A DNA stretch of 64,000 bases from Tagaea sp. (GTDB lineage Bacteria; Pseudomonadota; Alphaproteobacteria; CACIAM-22H2), in the NCBI GenBank assembly GCA_965279525.1, contig CBDIIB010000004.1:992001-1056000 (forward strand). The letters are read 5' to 3'. The translations under genes and the position numbers were made by a program. Within the stretch, counting starts at the first letter, position 1, and every line of letters begins with the position of its first letter. Below the pieces are notes generated by a model. It was not told the DNA's origin and made no database searches. It saw nothing but the letters and a program-made list of their open reading frames with translations. Shown in pieces: positions 19,230-28,233 of the stretch.

Positions 19230-22166
19230 ATGACGGCATTGTACCCCGGATTTTCACGCGCGGCTTGGCCCAGGGCGCACGATCCGGCAGCGGTGGCGCG
19301 CGAGCGGGAACGCTGGCTGGAGGCGGCCGGCGACATAACGGACAAGCCCCTTGCCCTATTCGCCCGGAAACTCGCCGCCGGCAAGCCCGGACAGGCCGCA
19401 CTTGCGGCGATTTTCGGCAATTCGCCGCATCTGACGGCACTCGTCCTCGGCGATCCGGAAAACGCGGCACGGCTCCTGTCCGCCGGGCCCGACAAGGCGT
19501 TCGCCGCCGCGATCGGCGAGGCGCGCAAGGCGCTGGGCAAGCCGGTCGAGACCGCCGACATCATGGCCGGCCTGCGCACGATGAAGAAGCGGGCGGCCCT
19601 GGCCATCGCACTTGCCGACATCGCCGGCCTGTGGGACGTGGCCAAGGTGACCGCGGCGATCTCGCAGACGGCCGAGACGGCGCTGGATCTCGCCTGCCGG
19701 CACCTGCTGCGCGAGGCGGCACGGCGCGACGGCCTCGTGCTCGCCGACAAGGCCGCGCCTGAGAAGGGCTCCGGCCTCGTCGTGCTCGGCATGGGCAAGC
19801 TTGGCGCGAACGAGCTCAACTACTCCTCCGACGTCGACATCATCGTGCTCTACGACACCGAGCGCGTGCACGGCATCGATCCCGACGAGATGCAGGCGGT
19901 CTTCGTCAAGCTGGTGCGCAATCTTGTCAAGATCATGGAGCAGCGCACGCCGGACGGCTACGTGTTCCGCACCGACCTGCGCCTGCGCCCGGATCCCGCG
20001 GCAACGCCCATGGCGCTTTCCACGCTCGCGGCCGAGACCTATTACGAAAGCATCGGGCAGAACTGGGAGCGTGCCGCGATGATCAAGGCGCGCGCCGTGG
20101 CCGGCGACCGCGAGGCGGGCGAGCGTTTCATCGCCATCCTGCGCCCGTTCGTCTGGCGCCGGCATCTCGACTTCGCGGCCATCGCCGACATCCACGCGAT
20201 CAAGCGCCAGATCCAGGCCCATCGCGGCGGCGAGGAGATCGCGTTGCACGGCCACAACGTGAAGATCGGCCGCGGCGGCATCCGCGAGATCGAGTTCTAC
20301 GCGCAGACCCAGCAGCTGATCTGGGGCGGGCGGGATCCGGCACTGCGCGCACCCGCCACGATCGCGGCGCTGAAGGCGCTTGCCGCCGCGGGCCGCGCGA
20401 AGGCCGAGGCGGTCGCCGATCTCGAACCCGCCTACGCGTTCCTGCGCACGCTCGAACACCGCCTGCAGATGATCGGCGACGAGCAGACCCAGACGCTGCC
20501 CGAAGACGCGGAAGAATGGGAGCGGCTAGCCGCCTTCATGGGCTTTGCCGACGGCAAGGCATTCGGCACGGAGCTTCGCGCGGTGTTCGAAACGGTCGCG
20601 GACCATTACGCCCGCCTGTTCGAGGAAGCGCCGGCCAAGCCCGGGGCCAGCGGCCTCGTGTTCGTCGGGCTGGAGGACGATCCGGGCACGCTTGCCGCCC
20701 TCGCCCGTCTCGGCTTCAAGGAAGGATCGACCATCGCGGCGGCGGTGCGCGGCTGGCATGCCGGGCGCTATCGCTGCACGCGCTCGCCGCGCGCACGCGA
20801 ACTGCTGGGGGAACTTGCACCGCGAATCGTCGAGGCGTTCGCGCGCACGTCCCAACCCGATGCCGGCTTCGTGCGCTTCGACCGATTCCTCGAAGCGCTG
20901 CCGGCGGGCGTGCAGCTCTTCTCGCTGTTCCAGGCGAACCCCGACCTCGTCGATCTCGCCGCCGAGATCATGGGCACGGCGCCGCATCTGGCGGAGGCGA
21001 TCGCTACGCGCGTCCACCTGCTCGATGCCGTGCTGACACCCGGCTTCTTCGCGCCGCCGCCGGGCAAGGTGGCGCTGATCGCCGATCTCGCGCGCGCCAA
21101 CGAACAGGCGCGCGACTTCCAGGACCGGCTCGACATCGCGCGCCGCTGGCGCCACGAGCACGGCTTCCAGATCGCGGTCCAGCTGCTGCGCCAGGCGCTC
21201 GACACGCCGGCCGCCGGGGCCGCCCTGTCGGACATCGCGGACTGCACGCTCGCGAGCCTGCTCGATTCCTGCCAGGACGAGTTCGCGCGCACGCATGGCC
21301 GCCTGCCGGGCGCCGAGCTTGCGGTCGTCGCACTGGGCAAGCTCGGCGGACGCGAGCTGACCGTCACGTCGGATCTCGACATCGTGCTCGTCTATTCGGT
21401 GCCGGCGAAGCTCGAACAGTCCGACGGCCCCAAGCCGCTGTCGCCCTCGCACTACTACGCGCGCATGGCCAGCCGCTTCGTGACGGCGCTGAGTGCGGCC
21501 ACCGCCGAGGGCTCGCTTTACGAGATGGACCTGCGCCTGCGCCCGCAGGGTGCGAAGGGCCCGCTCGCATCCGAGATCGCCGGCTTCGCGGCCTACGCGA
21601 CCGGCGAAGCCTGGACGTGGGAGCACATGGCGCTGACGCGCGCGCGCGTGGTGTGCGGCGGGGCGAAGGTCTCGGCCGCCGCGATGGCGGCGATCGGCCA
21701 GGCGCTGGCGAAGAAGCGGGAGCCTGCGAAGCTTGCCGCCGAGATCGCCGACATGCGCCTGCGCATGGCCGGCGAGCGCAAGGCCGGCTCGGTCTGGCAG
21801 ATCAAGGACTGGCGCGGCGGGCTGGTCGACGTGGAGTTCCTCGTCCAGCACGCGATCCTGCGCCACCCGGCACAGGCCGCCGCCAACACCGCCGAAGCGA
21901 TCGCGAAGCTTGGCGCCGCCAAGGCCTTCACGAAGGACGAGGCGGCCACGCTGTCGGCCGCGCACGCGCTCTATTCGGCCGTCCAGGCGCTGCTGCGCCT
22001 CACGGTCGACGACACGTTCGACGCGGCGGCAGCCCCCGAAGCGCTCCGGGCCCTGCTCGTGCGCGCGACAGGCACTGTTGACTTTTCCGACCTGGAGGCC
22101 AAGTTGGAGACATCCGCCGCCGCGGTCCGCGCGTTGCTCGAAAAGCGCCTGCCCGGCGCGCTCTGA
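19230..22166 (+). CDS. glnE: Glutamine synthetase adenylyltransferase/adenylyl-removing enzyme
   Basis: Two NT domains (GMGKLGANELNYSSDVD; ALGKLGGRELTVTSDLD), GRGGIREIEF. Confidence 0.96.
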   Translation: MTALYPGFSRAAWPRAHDPAAVARERERWLEAAGDITDKPLALFARKLAAGKPGQAALAAIFGNSPHLTALVLGDPENAARLLSAGPDKAFAAAIGEARKALGKPVETADIMAGLRTMKKRAALAIALADIAGLWDVAKVTAAISQTAETALDLACRHLLREAARRDGLVLADKAAPEKGSGLVVLGMGKLGANELNYSSDVDIIVLYDTERVHGIDPDEMQAVFVKLVRNLVKIMEQRTPDGYVFRTDLRLRPDPAATPMALSTLAAETYYESIGQNWERAAMIKARAVAGDREAGERFIAILRPFVWRRHLDFAAIADIHAIKRQIQAHRGGEEIALHGHNVKIGRGGIREIEFYAQTQQLIWGGRDPALRAPATIAALKALAAAGRAKAEAVADLEPAYAFLRTLEHRLQMIGDEQTQTLPEDAEEWERLAAFMGFADGKAFGTELRAVFETVADHYARLFEEAPAKPGASGLVFVGLEDDPGTLAALARLGFKEGSTIAAAVRGWHAGRYRCTRSPRARELLGELAPRIVEAFARTSQPDAGFVRFDRFLEALPAGVQLFSLFQANPDLVDLAAEIMGTAPHLAEAIATRVHLLDAVLTPGFFAPPPGKVALIADLARANEQARDFQDRLDIARRWRHEHGFQIAVQLLRQALDTPAAGAALSDIADCTLASLLDSCQDEFARTHGRLPGAELAVVALGKLGGRELTVTSDLDIVLVYSVPAKLEQSDGPKPLSPSHYYARMASRFVTALSAATAEGSLYEMDLRLRPQGAKGPLASEIAGFAAYATGEAWTWEHMALTRARVVCGGAKVSAAAMAAIGQALAKKREPAKLAAEIADMRLRMAGERKAGSVWQIKDWRGGLVDVEFLVQHAILRHPAQAAANTAEAIAKLGAAKAFTKDEAATLSAAHALYSAVQALLRLTVDDTFDAAAAPEALRALLVRATGTVDFSDLEAKLETSAAAVRALLEKRLPGAL

Positions 22167-22185
22167 AACAGGGAGTTATCCGACG

Positions 22186-22752
22186 ATGGCCGCCAAGACG
22201 AAGTCCGCCCCGAAGAAAGTTGCCCCGAAAAAAGTTGCCCCGAAGAAAGTCGCCGCGAAGAAGCCTGCCGCGCCCGCCGCCGCCATGCGTGGCCCGAAGA
22301 TCGGCACCAAGGCGCCCGATTTCAGCATGGCCACGGCTGGCGGCGGTGCCGTGCAGCTCTCGAAGCTCAAGGGCAAGACCGTGATCGTCTATTTCTATCC
22401 CAAGGACGACACGCCGGGCTGCACGAAGGAGGCCTGCGGCTTCAACGAGATGCTCGCCCAGTTCCGCAAGGTGGATGCCGAGATCGTCGGCATCTCGCGC
22501 GACCCGATGAAGAGCCACGACAAGTTCGCGGTCAAATACGGCCTCAAGTTCCATCTCGCGTCCGACGAGGACGGCAAGGCGTCCACCGCCTACGACACGT
22601 GGATCGAGAAGAGCATGTACGGGCGCAAATACATGGGCCTCGAACGCTCGACCTACCTCGTCGACAAGACCGGGATCATCCGCGCGGTCTGGCGCCCGGT
22701 CTCGGTCACCGGCCATGTCGAGGAAGTGTTGGCGGCCGCAAAGGCGCTGTAA
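22186..22752 (+). CDS. bcp: BCP/PrxQ peroxiredoxin with Lys-rich N-terminal extension
   Basis: YFYPKDDTPGCTKEAC, KSMYGRKYMG; GGGAG RBS. Confidence 0.93.
   Translation: MAAKTKSAPKKVAPKKVAPKKVAAKKPAAPAAAMRGPKIGTKAPDFSMATAGGGAVQLSKLKGKTVIVYFYPKDDTPGCTKEACGFNEMLAQFRKVDAEIVGISRDPMKSHDKFAVKYGLKFHLASDEDGKASTAYDTWIEKSMYGRKYMGLERSTYLVDKTGIIRAVWRPVSVTGHVEEVLAAAKAL
22207..22263 (+). repeat. 15-bp tandem repeat encoding (APKKV)x3-AAKK
   Basis: GCCCCGAA(G/A)AAAGT(T/C) three times, plus a partial fourth copy. Confidence 0.85.
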
Positions 22753-22887
22753 GCGCCCGGCGGGGCACGCAATACAGGCTTGCGAAATTTCGGCGCAGAT
22801 GTCCTACAATCGTTGGTAAGTTACCGACGAACGACGTAGGCCCCCCGCCATGCAACCTCCCGTGCCATCCCGCCCGGACCGCCGCCG

Positions 22888-23649
22888 ATGAACGGCGTCC
22901 TCGCCCTTGTCGGCATCGACAGCGACCTGCTGCTCGAGCTTTCGAACGCGACGCAGAAATCCGGCTTGCGGATCCTGTCGGTGCGCGACCTGCCGGGTCT
23001 CGTCGGCGGGTTCCGCCCCGACCAGATCGCCATCGTCGCGGTCGATCTCGACAAGCTCTCGAATTCCGACCGTATCCTGATCGACCGGCTCGCCGACGAT
23101 CCGGCAGGCCCCGGCATCGTGGCGATCGGCATGCCCGCTCCCGACCGCAACAGGATCCCGGCCGCGGCGCGCCGCTACGGCGTGCACGCCTTCGTGCCCA
23201 AGCCCGTCGACCCGACCGGCTTCGCAAGCGCCGTGGGTTCGCTGCGCGAGCTTGGCTATGGCACGCAAGACCGGCCCCGGCGCGTGCTGCTGATCGACGA
23301 CAGCCGGACGATCCGCGCGATGGTCGGTGGCTTCCTCAAGCGCGGCGGCTACCACACCGTCGTGCGCGACGTGTGGGAAGACGCGATCGACGATCCCGAG
23401 ACACTGGGTGTGGATCTCGTCGTGACCGACATCTTCATGCCCGGCATGGGCGGCGTGGAGGGGATCAAGCACGTGCGCGAACACTGGCGCCAGGTGCCCG
23501 TGCTCGCGATGTCGGCCGGCCTCGAGGACCAGATGTCGCCGGGCACCACGCTGCGCGCCGCCGAAATCGTGGGCGCCGACGTGTCGATCGCCAAGCCGAT
23601 CGTCGAGGGCCTGTTCATGTCCGCCGTGCGCGAGCTGCTCGCGGATTGA
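22888..23649 (+). CDS. Response regulator: degenerate REC plus canonical REC, no output domain
   Basis: C-terminal LLIDD...TDIFMPGMGG...AKP; N-terminal half has FVPKPVD. Confidence 0.75.
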   Translation: MNGVLALVGIDSDLLLELSNATQKSGLRILSVRDLPGLVGGFRPDQIAIVAVDLDKLSNSDRILIDRLADDPAGPGIVAIGMPAPDRNRIPAAARRYGVHAFVPKPVDPTGFASAVGSLRELGYGTQDRPRRVLLIDDSRTIRAMVGGFLKRGGYHTVVRDVWEDAIDDPETLGVDLVVTDIFMPGMGGVEGIKHVREHWRQVPVLAMSAGLEDQMSPGTTLRAAEIVGADVSIAKPIVEGLFMSAVRELLAD

Positions 23650-23728
23650 TCGGGGCGCAAGAACCGGGTGGGTTCGCGCCCGCCGCCACGCCATGTTCGC
23701 CTCATCGTCCATCCACGAGGAGTCGAAC

Positions 23729-24196
23729 ATGGATTTCCGCATCCGGGGACTTTCGCCCGAACCTTTCGCACCGCTCTACGGCCTAGCCGACGCCGAACTG
23801 GCCGCGCGCGGAATCGTGCGCCATGTCGCGGATTCCTGCCCCGGCTTTCCCGACCGCGTGGAACTGCGCGATGCCGAGCCCGGCGAAAGCCTGCTGCTGC
23901 TGAATTACGAGCACCAGCCGGCCAACTCGCCCTACCGCTCGTCGCACGCGATCTTCGTGCGCGAGGGGGCCACGCGGGCGTTCGACCGGGTCAACGAGAT
24001 CCCGCCCGTCATGCGCCCGCGCCTGCTGTCGCTGCGCGCCTTCGACAAGCACGGCATGATCGTCGACGCCGACCTTGCCGACGGCAAGACGGTCGAACCG
24101 GTCATCGAGCGGCTGCTCGCCGACGGCCGCGTCGAATATCTCCACGCCCACTACGCCAAGTTCGGCTGCTTCTCGGCGCGCATCGAGCGGGCATGA
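23729..24196 (+). CDS. DUF1203 family protein
   Basis: MDFRIRGL, PGFPDRVELRDA, SPYRSSHAIFV, YLHAHYAKFGC. Confidence 0.85.
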   Translation: MDFRIRGLSPEPFAPLYGLADAELAARGIVRHVADSCPGFPDRVELRDAEPGESLLLLNYEHQPANSPYRSSHAIFVREGATRAFDRVNEIPPVMRPRLLSLRAFDKHGMIVDADLADGKTVEPVIERLLADGRVEYLHAHYAKFGCFSARIERA

Positions 24197-24221
24197 CGGG
24201 AAAATATGTGGGTTTCTATTC

Positions 24222-24250
24222 TTGACAACCGGAACGAGTTCTTGTAATTC
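24222..24250 (+). promoter_or_regulatory. Sigma70-type promoter with no downstream protein gene
   Basis: TTGACA-N17-TAATTC. Confidence 0.5.
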
Positions 24251-24542
24251 AGCACACGGTTGCGGCGTGCTGTTTGACAGTGTGAATATGGATGCCCGGC
24301 AACGTCCCTGAAGGTACGAAGCGGGCGCTTGGCCTGATGAGTATCGCCGCAAAAATCGCGAGACAGATGCGTGTTACGTCGCATGTCTCCTGGCTTTTGG
24401 GCGATTTCAAATGGTTGGACAGGAGACGGTAACATCCCGTCTCCTCCCGTCACGCAAAGTCTGCTGCCGCAAAGTTTGGTTGACGGGATTTTATTTCCGT
24501 CGCCCGTCAACCGGCTATCGTGCGTTTCCAAGACGTTAGGCA

Positions 24543-24597
24543 GTTGACGGTCAACGCCCGTCAACACGCCGTCAACGCCCGTCAACACGCCGTCAAC
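24543..24597. repeat. Phased GTCAAC array (21-bp tandem unit)
   Basis: GTCAAC at 24550, 24560, 24571, 24581 and 24592; inverted GTTGAC at 24543. Confidence 0.9.
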
Positions 24598-25725
24598 TAG
24601 GCCAGATCCTCGACCTTGCTCGTCCCGCCTTTGAGACGCGAGGCGAGCGAGGCTTCGAGGAAGCGGTCGATGTCGCCGTCGAGCACGCCCTTGGTGTCCG
24701 ACGTTTCGGCACCCGTGCGCAGATCCTTGATCATCTGGTAGGGCTGCAGCACGTAGGAGCGGATCTGGTGTCCCCAGCCGATCTCGCTCTTGGCTTCGTG
24801 CGTGGCAAGGGCCGCGGCCTCGCGCTTGCGCAGTTCGGCCTCGTACATGCGCGCGCGCAGCATCTTCCAAGCGCGGTCGCGGTTCTTGTGCTGCGAGCGT
24901 TCGGTCTGGCACGCGACGACCGTGTTGGTCGGCACGTGCGTCAGGCGCACGGCGGACTCGGTCTTGTTGACGTGCTGGCCGCCCGCCCCCGACGCGCGAT
25001 AGACGTCGACGCGCACGTCCTCTTCCTTGATGTCGATCTGGATGTCGTCCTCGATGTCGGGATAGACCCAGGCCGACGCGAAGCTCGTCTGCCGGCGCGC
25101 GTTGGAATCGAACGGCGAGATGCGCACGAGCCGGTGCACGCCCGTCTCGGTCTTGAGCCAGCCATAGGCGTTCTCGCCGGCAATGCGGATCGTCGCCGAC
25201 TTGATGCCCGCCTCGTCGCCGGGGCTCTCTTCCTGGTACTCGGTCTTGAAGCCGCGCTTCTCCGCCCAGCGCATGTACATGCGCGCGAGCATCTCGGCCC
25301 AATCCTGCGCCTCGGTGCCGCCGGCACCGGCGTTGATCTGCAGGAACGCGTCGTTGGCGTCGGCCTCGCCCGAGAGCAGCGCTTCGAGCCCGCGCTTCTC
25401 GGCTTCGGCCTTCAGGTCCACCAGCTGCTTCTCGGCATCGGCGAGCACGGCTGCGTCGTTCTCGGCCTCAGCCAGTTCGATCATGCCGATCGAATCGTCG
25501 AGCTTGGCGGTCATGTCCTTGACCGCGGCGATGGCGGTCTCGAGCTGCTTGCGTTCGCGCAGCAGGGCCTGCGCCTTCTTCGCGTCATTCCACAGCGACG
25601 GGTCTTCGGAAAGCGTGTTGAGCTCTTCCAGCCGCCTCAGAGCGCGGTCCCAGTCAAAGAAACCTCCTCAGCAGCACCAGCGACTGCTTGATTTCTTCGG
25701 CAACGGCGGCGATTTCGGCGCGCAT
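24597..25725 (-). CDS. prfB: Peptide chain release factor 2 (programmed +1 frameshift)
   Basis: MRAEI...RRFL then CTT-TGA-C; downstream SPF and GGQ motifs. Confidence 0.97.
25653..25668 (-). other. prfB +1 frameshift cassette
   Basis: Internal Shine-Dalgarno AGGAGG, then TTT, then CTTTGAC. Confidence 0.95.
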
Positions 25726-25835
25726 GTCTGTCCACTCCGGTTTTCGTGAAGGTGGCTATACGAAGGACCGGCGCGCTTGGCAAGGGGGGCGGCTCTGTGG
25801 TTCCCTTGGATCAACAAATCCTGAGGAAATGCCCC

Positions 25836-27197
25836 ATGAATCTCGCCACCAAGCTCGCCGCGCGCGCGGCCGAGGGCCGCCCCGTCACCGTCGGCCTGAT
25901 CGGGGCCGGCAAGTTCGGCACGATGTTCCTGGCCCAGGCGCGCAAGACCGTGGGGCTGCATGTCGTGGGCATCGCCGATCTCTCCATCCCCCGGGCGCGT
26001 GCGGCATTGGCAAGCTGCGGCTGGGAAGCCGAGCGCGTTTCGGCAAAGTCCCTTGGCGATGCCGTCGACACGAAACGCACCTACGTGACCGACGATGCCG
26101 ATAGCCTCATCGCGCACCCGGGCATCGAGGTGATCGTGGAAGCCACCGGCGATCCGCGTGCGGGCATCCGCTTCTGTCTGCGCAGCATCGATGCCGGCAA
26201 GCACATCGTGATGGTGAACGTCGAGGCCGACGTGGTGGCGGGGCCGCTGCTTGCCGCGCGCGCCCGCGAGAAGGGCGTCGTCTATTCGCTCGCCTACGGC
26301 GACCAGCCGGCCCTGATCTGCGAGCAGGTCGACTGGGCGCGCGCCTGCGGCTTCGAGGTGGTGTCGGCCGGCAAGGGGACGCGCTACCATCCCGACTTCC
26401 ACCGCTCCACGCCGGAAACAGTATGGACCAATTTCGGGATCGCCCCCGAAATGGCCGTCAAGGGCGGCATGAACCCGAAGATGTTCAACAGCTTCATCGA
26501 CGGCTCGAAATCCGGCATCGAGATGACGGCCGTTTCGAACGCGACGGGCCTGCTGGCGCAGAGCGACGGTCTCGCCTTCCCGCCCTGCCCGGCTCCCGAG
26601 CTCGCCAGGGTGTGCAAGCCGCGCGACAAGGGCGGCGTGCTGGAGCGCAGAGGCACGGTCGAGGTCGTGTCGTCGCTGAACCGCGACATGACGCCGGTGC
26701 CCAACCACCTGCAATGGGGCACCTACGTGGTCGTCGCGGCCGACCACGAATATGTGCGCCGCTGTGCGGCCGAATACTGCATGCTGCCCGACGAGACCTG
26801 CGAGCACATGGCGCTCTACCGGCCGATCCACATGATCGGGCTCGAGATCGGCATTTCGGTTGCCAGTGCTGCCCTTCGCGGCGAGGCGACGGGTGCGCCG
26901 ATCGCGTTCCATTCCGACGTGGCTGCCACGGCCAAGCGCGCGCTCAAGAAGGGCGAGGTTCTCGACGGCGAAGGCGGCTATTGCGTGTGGGGCAAGCAGG
27001 TGCCGGCCGATGCTTCGCTCGCCAAGGGCTATCTGCCGCTGGGGCTCGCCAGCCACGTCACGCTGAAGCACGACATCGCCGAAGGCGGCCTCGTGCGCTG
27101 GGAAGATGTCGACTACGACGCGTCCGACGCCGCCGTGCGCGTGCGCCGCGAAATGGAAGCGGCCTTCGCGCGGCCCAACAGCCGGGCCGCCGACTAG
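25836..27197 (+). CDS. Homoserine dehydrogenase-like NAD(P) oxidoreductase with C-terminal SAF domain
   Basis: GLIGAGKFG, NVEAD, GDQP, FNSFIDGSKS, LDGEGGYCVWG. Confidence 0.85.
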   Translation: MNLATKLAARAAEGRPVTVGLIGAGKFGTMFLAQARKTVGLHVVGIADLSIPRARAALASCGWEAERVSAKSLGDAVDTKRTYVTDDADSLIAHPGIEVIVEATGDPRAGIRFCLRSIDAGKHIVMVNVEADVVAGPLLAARAREKGVVYSLAYGDQPALICEQVDWARACGFEVVSAGKGTRYHPDFHRSTPETVWTNFGIAPEMAVKGGMNPKMFNSFIDGSKSGIEMTAVSNATGLLAQSDGLAFPPCPAPELARVCKPRDKGGVLERRGTVEVVSSLNRDMTPVPNHLQWGTYVVVAADHEYVRRCAAEYCMLPDETCEHMALYRPIHMIGLEIGISVASAALRGEATGAPIAFHSDVAATAKRALKKGEVLDGEGGYCVWGKQVPADASLAKGYLPLGLASHVTLKHDIAEGGLVRWEDVDYDASDAAVRVRREMEAAFARPNSRAAD

Positions 27198-28231
27198 GCG
27201 GCGGGCGCGGTCTTCAGGTCGAACAGCACGACCGTGCCGTCCTCGCCGCCGGCGGCCACGCGCCAGCCGTCGGACGAGAACGCGACCGCACGCAGCGGCG
27301 TGCCGTTGTCCTCGTCGGACTCGCGAAGGACCAGCTCGCGCTTGCCTTCGAGATCGCCGAGCCGCACGCCGCCCTTGTCGAAGCCGCCGACGAGGAACGG
27401 CGCCGACGGATGGCCGGCGATGCCGGTCATCAACGCGCCATCGCCGAAGCCGAACTCCAGCGGTGGCTGGCCTTCGGGCCCCTTGCCCGAGAAGTCCCAC
27501 GCGACGAAACAGTCGGCGGCATCGGACAGCAGCCAGCGCGAATCCGGCGTCCAGACGAGCTGGCGGATCTTCGTGCGATAGCCCGCCATCTGCATGTCCT
27601 GCCCGCTGGAGAGGCGCCAGACATGGATCGCGTTGTCCTGCGTGGTCGTTGCAAGGAAGCGGCCGTTGGGCGAATAGCGCACATGGATGTGGCTGCCCTT
27701 CCACACCAGCGTGCGCGCCTTGTCCTTGGGCTTGGCGACCTGCCACACCGACACGCCGCCATAGTGCGCGGCCGTCAGCCGGCTGCCGTCGGGGCTGAAA
27801 TCGAGAGCGGCCACGGCACTGGGATGGGGTGCCAGTGTTGCCGGTTCGGCCGCACCCTTGACCCACAGCTTGGCTTCCTTGCCCACGCCGCACGCGAACG
27901 AACCCGTCGCGTGCACGGCAAGCACGTCGATCCAGCGCCCCTGGAACTTCGCGATCTCGGTGACGGTTCCATCGCGCGCGGTGCGCACGAGCCTGCCGTC
28001 GTCGCCGCCCGACAGGAACGACACGCCGTCGGGATGCGGAGCGAACGACAGGATGGCGCCGCCGTGCGCCTTGGCGACGATCGCCGAAGCTTCGCCCGCG
28101 ACGGGCATCAGATGCACGTCGCCGGCACCCGTGGCGACGGCCATCGTCTCGCCGTCGTTCGTGAAGGCGATGCCGCCGACATAGGCGCCGAGTGCCCAGT
28201 CGCGCACGCGCGGCTGCTTGACGTCCGACAT
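27194..28231 (-). CDS. WD40-repeat beta-propeller protein
   Basis: Repeats such as LSGGDDG, FSPDG, YSPNGRFLATT, AAGGEDGTV. Confidence 0.85.
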   Translation of the reverse strand: MSDVKQPRVRDWALGAYVGGIAFTNDGETMAVATGAGDVHLMPVAGEASAIVAKAHGGAILSFAPHPDGVSFLSGGDDGRLVRTARDGTVTEIAKFQGRWIDVLAVHATGSFACGVGKEAKLWVKGAAEPATLAPHPSAVAALDFSPDGSRLTAAHYGGVSVWQVAKPKDKARTLVWKGSHIHVRYSPNGRFLATTTQDNAIHVWRLSSGQDMQMAGYRTKIRQLVWTPDSRWLLSDAADCFVAWDFSGKGPEGQPPLEFGFGDGALMTGIAGHPSAPFLVGGFDKGGVRLGDLEGKRELVLRESDEDNGTPLRAVAFSSDGWRVAAGGEDGTVVLFDLKTAPAA

Positions 28232-28233
28232 GC

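Noticed and set aside
24232-24248. Alphaproteobacterial LexA box (GAAC-N7-GAAC) in the orphan promoter
   Set aside because: Second half-site does not match at N7 spacing
24313-24345. Hammerhead-like core (GGTAC-GAA...CTGATGA-GTATC)
   Set aside because: Only ~13 nt between the GAA and CUGAUGA elements, too short for stems I and III, and no GAAA follows
24550-24597. Possible CRISPR array
   Set aside because: Units are 10-11 bp with no unique spacers, and there are no cas genes
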